The translations under genes and the position numbers were made by a program. 64,000 bases of DNA from a virus (taxonomy: Duplodnaviria > Caudoviricetes), in the IMG/VR virus record IMGVR_UViG_3300033075_001053, positions 1 through 64,000 of that record. One strand, written 5' to 3'. Positions within the stretch are counted from its first letter, which is position 1; every line of letters starts with the position of its first letter. Under the pieces are notes generated by a model. The model was not told the DNA's origin. It saw nothing but the letters and a program-made list of their open reading frames with translations, and did no database searches. Shown in pieces: positions 36,255 to 44,054 of the stretch.

Positions 36255-36505
36255 TGGTACACGTCAAATACGCAACAGCACCGCCGACAACGGCTCCTCT
36301 TAGAGCTGGTCAGCACTACATTGATACAGTCAATAAAGTCAACTATCTCTCAATCGGAACATCTTCGGTTGATGATTGGGTTGAAGTCGGGTCAAGTTCG
36401 ATCTCAAATATGTCTGAGATCAAAGCAGCAGTTATTAATAGTATTCTTACCGACGGGACGGACGTCTTGGTCGGAGAGGATGGAAATGTAATCTACGAGG
36501 ACTAA
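36254..36505 (+). CDS. small tail adaptor consisting mostly of the shared anchor domain
   Basis: N-terminus homologous to those at 34350 and 36507. Confidence 0.75.
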   Translation: MVHVKYATAPPTTAPLRAGQHYIDTVNKVNYLSIGTSSVDDWVEVGSSSISNMSEIKAAVINSILTDGTDVLVGEDGNVIYED

Positions 36506-36506
36506 C

Positions 36507-38528
36507 ATGGCACAGCATACCTTTTCGGCATCTGGCGTTCCGAGTTCGGCGCCGTCAAAAGTAAATCAGCACTACTGTAACCTGACAACGGGCGACCTGT
36601 ATATTTCCAAAGGAACGTCCAGCGTGGACGATTGGGTGTTGCTTGGCGAAAGCGTTCCGGGCTCCGGGCTTGCTATAGTCCAGCAGACGAACGCCGACTG
36701 GCAGTCGGATATGACAGTGTACGATCTTGGTACACTTATGGTCGATACCGACAATCCTACGGCGCTGAAGTTCGCCGATGGAGTGATGGTTTACACAGAT
36801 ATCACTTTTATCAATCACCCGTTTAACCAGATACCCGGTGGGATTGCTGGAGACTTTTACGATTATCCTGCGAACGATCAGATTCACATTCGCCTTCGTT
36901 CGGATACGGCGGCAAATTGGACGTCAGAGAATCCAACTCTGATGTTGGGAGAGGTTGGGGTTGAGACTGATACTTTGAAGGCAAAGTTCGGCGATGATAC
37001 TACTCCGTGGAACTCTCTTGGCTATTGGTATGATCCAACGGTAACGGCAAGCGGGGCGCTTTTAGCCGCAAACAATCTTTCTGACCTTGATGACCCGGCC
37101 ACGGCCAGAACAAACCTTGGTCTCGGTGATGTGGCTGAGATTAACAGAGGTGGGTCGAGCACGAGTCTTTACCTGCGCCAGGATGGTACGTGGTTCACTC
37201 CGGCCACTGATGTCGGAGGAGTGGCGTGGGGAGCGATCAGCGGAACGATTGGTGATCAGACGGATCTTATTGCGGCAATTGCAGCCGCCGGTACAAACCC
37301 AGCGAAGTACTTTTTGATGAGTGCTTATGCTACCAGCGGTACCGGTACTCAAGGAGACCCGTACACTGGTTGGGAATCAGTTATCGACAATACTACCTCA
37401 GGCAACTACAACCATTATCACTTCGATGAAGGAATGTGGTTCCGCACCGATGTAGGCATCGAGCTCGGTCAGACAACCCGTGGTGTTCACATTAGCGGTC
37501 GTGGAAGAATTGTGTACGAAGGCGTGTCAAATGTGCCGGTGCTATCCTTCCACAATGTAGGCGGATCAACGGACGCCGATTGGTCAGAGTTCAACATCAT
37601 CGAACAGGTAATCCTTGACGGTGGTGATAACGCAAGTCACGGATTCTACGCTACGCAATTCCACAGAAACCTCCTTCGCGATGTAGTTGTCGTCAATGCA
37701 CCGATTGGGTTCTATACAAGTTGGGCTGTGTGTGCCTATCACATTGGCCCGGCGTGTTCGCACGGATACGAAGTATCAAGTCGTCAGGATATTGTCACGG
37801 GTATGTACCTTGATGGAGCATCAAACTCGGCGGTAATCATCAATCCGTTTATGGAGTCAACGACCGGTACTGCAATTTCTATTAACAATACCAATAATAT
37901 TTCCATTATTGGCGGAAGTTTAGAAAATGGGAATGTTGGGTTGGCCACTTCAAACTCCAAGTGGATTACCTTGATGAATCAAGACGACGAGGTAAATGGT
38001 GGGGGCGATGTTCAGGTTGGCGGCAGTTGTGATTATATTGTAATTCAGAATTGTCAACTCCAGGACGGCGTCCGGTTCCAGAGTGGTAGCAACAATAAGA
38101 TTGTTGATAGCAATATATGGGGCACACTTACGATTGACAGTGGGGTTACGGTGGTCAGTGATAACTCGGTTATTGCGACACTTTCAAACTCTGGTACATT
38201 TATTGACCGCGATCAAGGAAATATCCGAATTAATACCCAGACCTCGGACTATACACTTGTCGCTGCCGATGCCGGAAAGATGGTGTTGATTTCATCAAGT
38301 TCCCCACATGCGCTTACTGTTCCTCCGAATTCATCTGTCGCCTTCTTAATTGGAACTGCGATAGACGTAGCTCAAACCGGGACCGGAGCAGTGACCTTAA
38401 CGCCGGGGTCAGGGGTTACGATTAATTCAGCCTCAGGGAATCTTGTTACCAATGGTCAGTATACTGCTTGCACGCTCTACAAAACTGGAACAAATACATG
38501 GCTTGCGGTAGGAAACTTAACAACCTAA
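36507..38528 (+). CDS. tailspike with Mtd-like N-terminal repeats and beta-helix (depolymerase-like) domain
   Basis: RSDTAANWTSENPTL.LGE.G.ETDT.K.KFGD motif; N/I/G-rich parallel beta-helix region. Confidence 0.8.
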   Translation: MAQHTFSASGVPSSAPSKVNQHYCNLTTGDLYISKGTSSVDDWVLLGESVPGSGLAIVQQTNADWQSDMTVYDLGTLMVDTDNPTALKFADGVMVYTDITFINHPFNQIPGGIAGDFYDYPANDQIHIRLRSDTAANWTSENPTLMLGEVGVETDTLKAKFGDDTTPWNSLGYWYDPTVTASGALLAANNLSDLDDPATARTNLGLGDVAEINRGGSSTSLYLRQDGTWFTPATDVGGVAWGAISGTIGDQTDLIAAIAAAGTNPAKYFLMSAYATSGTGTQGDPYTGWESVIDNTTSGNYNHYHFDEGMWFRTDVGIELGQTTRGVHISGRGRIVYEGVSNVPVLSFHNVGGSTDADWSEFNIIEQVILDGGDNASHGFYATQFHRNLLRDVVVVNAPIGFYTSWAVCAYHIGPACSHGYEVSSRQDIVTGMYLDGASNSAVIINPFMESTTGTAISINNTNNISIIGGSLENGNVGLATSNSKWITLMNQDDEVNGGGDVQVGGSCDYIVIQNCQLQDGVRFQSGSNNKIVDSNIWGTLTIDSGVTVVSDNSVIATLSNSGTFIDRDQGNIRINTQTSDYTLVAADAGKMVLISSSSPHALTVPPNSSVAFLIGTAIDVAQTGTGAVTLTPGSGVTINSASGNLVTNGQYTACTLYKTGTNTWLAVGNLTT

Positions 38529-38532
38529 GATT

Positions 38533-39387
38533 ATGTTTAGATCAGGAATTATATCAAGTACTGGAGTTGCTGGATCGAGTGGTGGAGGTGGGTCGGATGC
38601 TGATGCTGACGCATTTCTGGCGGCAGCAGGGATTTCCGACGCAACAATCTCCGGAGCAATAACACAGTTTTGTTTAGATCTGAAATCTGCAAGTATTTGG
38701 ACTAAGTTTGTTGCAGTGTATCCGTTTGTCGGAGGAACATCATCGACCCATAAGTACAATCTAAAAGATCCAAACGACACCGATGGTGCCTATCGTCTTA
38801 CGTTCGGTGGCGGTTGGACGCACGACAGTACGGGCGTCACTCCCAATGGTACGACCGGATACGCTGATACTCATATCAACGCTTCGACAGATCTTGACTT
38901 TCACGACGTGAGTCTTTCGGTGTACTTTGGCAGCGATACTGGTCCAGGGAATAAGTGCTGGTCTGGTATTCACGATCATGGCTTGGGTGACCCAGGTTGG
39001 CAACACATGGGCCATGTTGATTACTTTGGCGGAAGTAAGTACTTGGCCGATACTGGCGACTTTGGTTCTGCTCGACTATATGCTGATTTGACCGGTGGCA
39101 CATGTGATGAACAAATGCTTACGACAAGCAAGATCGGTACCGGGGCGAGCAACCACAAGCTCTATCAGGAAGGTGTCGAAATTGGAAGTATTAGCTCTGA
39201 TTCTGGCTCATTTCCGAATGATACTGTATACATCGGCTGCACTCACACAGTAGGAGCCGGGACCGAAGCAGGAACATTCGATGACAACCAGTACAAGTTC
39301 ATTGCATTTGGATTGGGATTAAACGGGACAGAGGCGGGTGCACTAAGTACTGCGGTTCATGCGCTTCAGTCGACTTTAGGAAGGTAG
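38533..39387 (+). CDS. lectin/concanavalin-like virion protein
   Basis: IWTKF.AVYPFVGG...NLKDP...RLTF.GGWTH...NGTTGYADT pattern seen in phage tail proteins. Confidence 0.55.
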   Translation: MFRSGIISSTGVAGSSGGGGSDADADAFLAAAGISDATISGAITQFCLDLKSASIWTKFVAVYPFVGGTSSTHKYNLKDPNDTDGAYRLTFGGGWTHDSTGVTPNGTTGYADTHINASTDLDFHDVSLSVYFGSDTGPGNKCWSGIHDHGLGDPGWQHMGHVDYFGGSKYLADTGDFGSARLYADLTGGTCDEQMLTTSKIGTGASNHKLYQEGVEIGSISSDSGSFPNDTVYIGCTHTVGAGTEAGTFDDNQYKFIAFGLGLNGTEAGALSTAVHALQSTLGR

Positions 39388-39389
39388 TA

Positions 39390-39635
39390 ATGCTCGGTCA
39401 TCACGGCATAGCAGTAGCAGGCATCACGAATTATCCTCTTGGCCCAACCGGAGGACGGCTTCCGGGGCTTCGCTATAAGACTCGGGAGAAGATGATTCTC
39501 TCGGTGGCTGCAGAGCGCCGCCGGGTTCAGTTCGTGACGCGTGAGAAGCAGAAGGCAGAGGCCGCCACGGAGAGAAGAAAGGTCCGCTATAAGACACGGG
39601 AGAAACGTGTTTCATACAGGGCTAATGTACGATAA
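39390..39635 (+). CDS. small Arg-rich protein with three xTREK repeats
   Basis: RYKTREK, QFVTREK, RYKTREK. Confidence 0.6.
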   Translation: MLGHHGIAVAGITNYPLGPTGGRLPGLRYKTREKMILSVAAERRRVQFVTREKQKAEAATERRKVRYKTREKRVSYRANVR

Positions 39636-39657
39636 CTTCTTGATGTATTTTTGAGAC

Positions 39658-40038
39658 ATGAGAGAATTAGACGACTATCCAATGCGCGAGGTGATTCGCG
39701 GAGACAGACTTGAAATCAATCTTCAGGTTGTGAAAGTCGTTGATTATGAAGAGGTTGTGCCGGACATTACAAACTACACCTTCATCTTCTCAATCAAAGA
39801 AACCATTGAAGATTCGATGTACATTTACCGGGACGTCTATGATGGTCTGGTGGTGGGAGGGATAACCCTTACGGATCCAACAAACGGGTGGATGAGAATT
39901 GTTGTTGAGGGTGGGTTAACGACATCCTGGGATCTCAAGGATTACGTCGCCGACGTGCAAATGCTTGATGATCAAGGGGATGGGCCGTACACAGTCAGAA
40001 AAGAAATCATTAGAGTCAAATCAGATATAACGAGGTAG
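39658..40038 (+). CDS. BppU N-terminal-like (Ig-fold) tail adaptor
   Basis: RGD.LEINL...DITNYT..FSIK...DPTNG.....Y.ADVQ pattern. Confidence 0.6.
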   Translation: MRELDDYPMREVIRGDRLEINLQVVKVVDYEEVVPDITNYTFIFSIKETIEDSMYIYRDVYDGLVVGGITLTDPTNGWMRIVVEGGLTTSWDLKDYVADVQMLDDQGDGPYTVRKEIIRVKSDITR

Positions 40039-40040
40039 CC

Positions 40041-40364
40041 ATGAACGAACTATTTTCTCCGCCGACCGCGGTACCCGACGACTTCACCTTGGGCGTGTCC
40101 AAGAAGAAGGACAAGAATAGCATTATGGATCGCAAGGCGTTTCGTCTTGGCGTTCAGACGGCTATCAACGCACAGACTCAGCAAAGTTTGAATCAACAAC
40201 AGTCCCAACTCCAGAACGCAACCATGCAGTTTCTTCAGATCCAGGCTCAAGCGGCCTTGGGTCAACAGGCTCTTGCTAATCAGCACATGCAGCAGAGCCA
40301 GGGCGGCGGACCTCAGGAGATGGTACATTATCACACAGCCTTGCCTAACCAGATGCCTCAGTGA
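40041..40364 (+). CDS. Gln-rich hypothetical protein
   Basis: 107 aa with Q-rich C-terminal half. Confidence 0.65.
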   Translation: MNELFSPPTAVPDDFTLGVSKKKDKNSIMDRKAFRLGVQTAINAQTQQSLNQQQSQLQNATMQFLQIQAQAALGQQALANQHMQQSQGGGPQEMVHYHTALPNQMPQ

Positions 40365-40993
40365 CCACTTATCAAATGATAGATCGGTTGAGGGACATGC
40401 TCGACGATCCAAAAGGTGGGCCAAGGAAAGTCGGTGAAAGTTACTCAGACCTTGAAATAATCAGCCAGCTCGACATTTCGACTCTGGATGTGACCCGTTT
40501 TTTCTATGAGAACCGGGCGATCTTTCGTTTGCAGCGCCTTGTCAAGGTCGAACAACTACAGATCTTAGGCGATCCCTATACCTATTCCAACTTCACAGAC
40601 GGGCTCTTTGTACTTCGGTGTACCTTTGGCCGTGTTCCGGCGCGGATTTATACCGGAGGACTCGGGGATATCTTTGAAGCGCCGGATCATTACGCGGTGA
40701 TGGTCGAAGGGTCAGACCTGGTTTTTGTTGGCGGACTCAATCTTGATGCGTGGTTTTGGTACATCAAAAAGCCAAGATTGTGGGGAGGAAACTTTTCTCT
40801 GGATCACACAGACTTCGAGCGGTCGGTCTATAACGCTATTGCTTATCACGCCGCCGGAACGCTGGCCATTAAGAACGAAGGAACAGAAGACGCAAGAACA
40901 GCCAATCGATACTTGTCCTACTACGGGCAACTTATCGGCAAGCTCGCGGAGGCCTCGTCTATGCAAATCATTATGGACGAGGTGGTGATGTGA
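40361..40993 (+). CDS. head-tail adaptor / tail ring-like protein 1
   Basis: MT.YQMIDRLRDMLDD helical start and FERSVYNAIAYHAA C-terminal helix. Confidence 0.65.
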   Translation: MTTYQMIDRLRDMLDDPKGGPRKVGESYSDLEIISQLDISTLDVTRFFYENRAIFRLQRLVKVEQLQILGDPYTYSNFTDGLFVLRCTFGRVPARIYTGGLGDIFEAPDHYAVMVEGSDLVFVGGLNLDAWFWYIKKPRLWGGNFSLDHTDFERSVYNAIAYHAAGTLAIKNEGTEDARTANRYLSYYGQLIGKLAEASSMQIIMDEVVM

Positions 40994-41613
40994 CCGTACG
41001 GCAAGCAGTCAATATCGTTCGAACAATGCTCGACCAAAGCGGGGAGGAGTTTTACCCAATTGTGGAAATCCTCATTGCGCTTGAAGACGCTCAGATCGAG
41101 AAGGCGCGGGAGTATTATCGCAGTGGTCGGCGGGAGTACATTCAAAGTCTCTATGTCGGAGAGTCAATGGTAAACGGCGGGCTCACGGCCAGAGGTGACG
41201 TAAGTCATGTTTTGACCTATGACCCAATGTTTTTCGAGGCGTGTTTTGTTCGGATGTATCCGGATGAATCTTCCGCTCGAAGATTTGCTATCTACATGGA
41301 CCCGGCCAGATATGCTGAGTATCAGTTTTCGAACCAGGGTGTAGATGGAATTCGAACAGGGAAGCTACAGTATACTTTTGCCGGTAATGTCCTTCGTCAT
41401 AACGGTGCGGACGACGGCGCAGGGGTTTACGCAGCCAGAGCGGTGTATTACCGCGAGCCTACGATCCCCTCGATCTCAACGGCATTCTTGCTACCGGACT
41501 ATACCCATGGCGATATCGTGGACCGGGCGGCCAAAATGCTCAATGAGAAGAACCCAATTAACGATCATGAAGCAGTAGGTTTAACAAGTGACATTATTCA
41601 AAGGAAACAGTAA
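40990..41613 (+). CDS. head-tail adaptor / tail ring-like protein 2
   Basis: MTVRQAVNIVRTMLDQ start and LPDYTHGDIVDRAA C-terminal motif. Confidence 0.7.
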   Translation: MTVRQAVNIVRTMLDQSGEEFYPIVEILIALEDAQIEKAREYYRSGRREYIQSLYVGESMVNGGLTARGDVSHVLTYDPMFFEACFVRMYPDESSARRFAIYMDPARYAEYQFSNQGVDGIRTGKLQYTFAGNVLRHNGADDGAGVYAARAVYYREPTIPSISTAFLLPDYTHGDIVDRAAKMLNEKNPINDHEAVGLTSDIIQRKQ

Positions 41614-41684
41614 TGGCAGGAAGCACAACAAGACTCGGCGTGAGAACAACACAAACTCACAATCCTCAGGATCTTAAACGGTGA
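41613..41684 (+). CDS. 23-aa peptide matching the MCP N-terminus (MAGSTTRLGVRTTQTHNPQDLKR)
   Basis: Manual translation; TAATG coupling; 17/19 identity to MCP residues 5-23 with mostly synonymous codon differences. Confidence 0.8.
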   Translation: MAGSTTRLGVRTTQTHNPQDLKR

Positions 41685-41698
41685 GAGAACATTCCTCC

Positions 41699-42463
41699 AT
41701 GTTGGTTCGTGAGGTGATTGATATCATCCAGGATCAGCTTTCTTTGTACGAAGACCGAACAAAGGTCGACGGCAAAACAATCTGGCGCTTTCTTAACAAC
41801 GCCAGAAGGGAGGTGTTTTCTCGAATGATACCAGTGAAGGAGCAGGGATTTACCAAGGTGGTTCAGCTTGGACACGGTAGTCCATTGCCGGCGGATTACT
41901 CGCGAACAATTCGCGTGTATGCTACAACTTCAGTAGGAATAGTCGAGTGCCGGCAGGCTGATCCTCGTGAGTGGTGGGACGTTACCAACCCGACCCGACA
42001 AAAGACCTTTACCTCTGGTAATGCCAGAAGCCCGGTGTATTGTCTGTGGGGAGAGATCTTAACGGGCGGGCGGGTGAGTCGGCTGGATAATACCTTAGGG
42101 ATATTGCCACTAACACTCACTGACCCGAATCGTGACAAGGTGTTTTTCTACATTTCTCCATCGGTCTCTGCGACTATGGAGTACAATGGGAATTATGGCG
42201 ACCTTCCGGTGGACGTCAATGGGAATCCTGATCTTGGAGTATCGATACAAGTTCCCTATGAGTATGAGGAGCTGGTTCTACTTCTAACCAAGTGGAGATG
42301 CTTTCTCAAGATCATGGATAAGTCTAAGTGGATTTCACTTAATCAAACAATGATGAGCGAGGAACAGAGACTACGAAAAGCCTTTATTGCCCGGGAGCAG
42401 ACCAAGAGTCAAGAGTTGTTGACCTTGATTGCCCCGCAACCATCAGTAACCCCTGATCTATAA
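41699..42463 (+). CDS. head-tail adaptor / tail ring-like protein 3
   Basis: MLVREVIDIIQDQL start; FLNNARREV; LP.DYSRTIRV; VPYEYEELVLL. Confidence 0.7.
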   Translation: MLVREVIDIIQDQLSLYEDRTKVDGKTIWRFLNNARREVFSRMIPVKEQGFTKVVQLGHGSPLPADYSRTIRVYATTSVGIVECRQADPREWWDVTNPTRQKTFTSGNARSPVYCLWGEILTGGRVSRLDNTLGILPLTLTDPNRDKVFFYISPSVSATMEYNGNYGDLPVDVNGNPDLGVSIQVPYEYEELVLLLTKWRCFLKIMDKSKWISLNQTMMSEEQRLRKAFIAREQTKSQELLTLIAPQPSVTPDL

Positions 42464-43302
42464 TGCCGCATACTTGCAAGACATACATGGAAGAGGCGAT
42501 GCTGAGGCTTAACCGGTACGAAGTTCAGGCCGAGCTCGACGACGGTTCAGCAGAGATGCTGGTCAATCTTGCGCGCCGGGATGTGCAACTGGCCACGATA
42601 GGTCTGTTCCCCGAACGCTACGCAGGCATTCACCGTCTTGACTTGGAGAACAATTTTCTCACAAGTGAGCTGCAGGAGTTCCGTCAAGTGATTACCAGAG
42701 GAGGCCTCCCGGATACTATTCGCTGGTATGGTTATCAACTCCCGGACGACTTCATTGAAGAGGTGGCTGTTTACGTAAAGTCAGAGGCCAATGGAGATTG
42801 GTGGCGAGCCCGAAAGACCACAAAGCAAGAGATGTGGGCGGTCTCTCGTAGCTCAACGCTGGCTCCGACAGTAAGAGAGCCAATGTATTTCGTGGAGAAA
42901 GACACTGATTCTGATGCTTATCGAATTGCCTGTAGTCACGGAGGAACGCCGATCATTGCTTCTGAGTGGATTGAGGTTTGGTACAAGAAAGCCCTGCGCT
43001 GGCTTCAGATGTTCAACAGCGACTACCAAGGGAATCCTGATGAGTCGGACATTGAGGTGGCGATGAATTATGAGTTCGAGGAATGGGTGGTCTACCGGCT
43101 TATGATCCGGGTTCTGGAGAAGCTTAATTGGGCAGACCAAAACATCAAACAAATCATTGATTTGGATATTCAGCGAATTGTATCTTTATCGAGTTCAAAC
43201 TTTAGTACAAGTATCGACGAAGTTGGGATATTGGTGCCGAGCAAGAGACAGACCTGGCCGGTCCCAACGTACGAAGTACCACATGAGGCTCCGCAACAAT
43301 GA
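42463..43302 (+). CDS. head-tail adaptor / tail ring-like protein 4
   Basis: LVNLARRDVQ, YQLPDDFIEE, MNYEFEEWVVYR motifs. Confidence 0.7.
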   Translation: MPHTCKTYMEEAMLRLNRYEVQAELDDGSAEMLVNLARRDVQLATIGLFPERYAGIHRLDLENNFLTSELQEFRQVITRGGLPDTIRWYGYQLPDDFIEEVAVYVKSEANGDWWRARKTTKQEMWAVSRSSTLAPTVREPMYFVEKDTDSDAYRIACSHGGTPIIASEWIEVWYKKALRWLQMFNSDYQGNPDESDIEVAMNYEFEEWVVYRLMIRVLEKLNWADQNIKQIIDLDIQRIVSLSSSNFSTSIDEVGILVPSKRQTWPVPTYEVPHEAPQQ

Positions 43303-44054
43303 CAACCTGGCACGAATACTACGACGACTTCGAGCAGAAGATCCGGCTCTACCAACAGCGACTTCCAATGACGGAAGTTTCTTTCATGCGTCTGGCCTCA
43401 GAAGCACTGCAGGCCGCAGAGCGTCGGACGGTTGTTGTCGATAACACTAAGACGATTTCCGGTACGGACGGGATTACCTTTGACCTTACGACAGCGGGTG
43501 AAGGGTATGATGTGCTGATTCTTCAAAAAGTTATCGATCCCTATGGTGCAGAGATAGTGCCTCAGTCTGTCAGTCAGAAGCAAGACAGCATGGAACTGGC
43601 ATACTATGGGCTTAACGAACCTCCGCACCGATTCTCTCGCGGGAAAGTAGGGACCACGATTGGCACTACGTCTGGGTACGAACACCGAATCTACGATTCG
43701 AATGGTTCGCAGATCAGAGTCTATCCGGCGCTCAGACCCAGTGATGTTCTAACGATACAGTACTTTGTTGAGATCCACAAGTTCTCCGCAAACTCCCCGC
43801 AGTGGGCGGCGTTCTTTCCGCTTAACACCGCCTTCGGTACGGCCTTCGAGCTGGCTCCGCCACTGGAATGGCAGCAACTCGACGACTGCATGATGGCTTA
43901 TTGTGTGATGGAGTACCTGATTAATATCGGTAATCCGAATTTTGTTGTTTGGCAGCAACGCTACGAACAGGCTTTGCAGACAGTGAAAGACAATCAGCAG
44001 ACATTCTTCACAGAGGGCGCGACCCCGTATACAACTACGCCTCATGGCTTCTAA
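43299..44054 (+). CDS. head-tail adaptor / tail ring-like protein 5
   Basis: IRVYPA...LTIQYF...LDDCMMAYCV...W.Q.YEQAL pattern. Confidence 0.65.
   Translation: MTTWHEYYDDFEQKIRLYQQRLPMTEVSFMRLASEALQAAERRTVVVDNTKTISGTDGITFDLTTAGEGYDVLILQKVIDPYGAEIVPQSVSQKQDSMELAYYGLNEPPHRFSRGKVGTTIGTTSGYEHRIYDSNGSQIRVYPALRPSDVLTIQYFVEIHKFSANSPQWAAFFPLNTAFGTAFELAPPLEWQQLDDCMMAYCVMEYLINIGNPNFVVWQQRYEQALQTVKDNQQTFFTEGATPYTTTPHGF

Noticed and set aside
34350-39387. Diversity-generating retroelement acting on the RBPs
   Set aside because: Mtd-like N-terminal motifs are present, but there is no reverse transcriptase and no TR/VR pair differing at adenines
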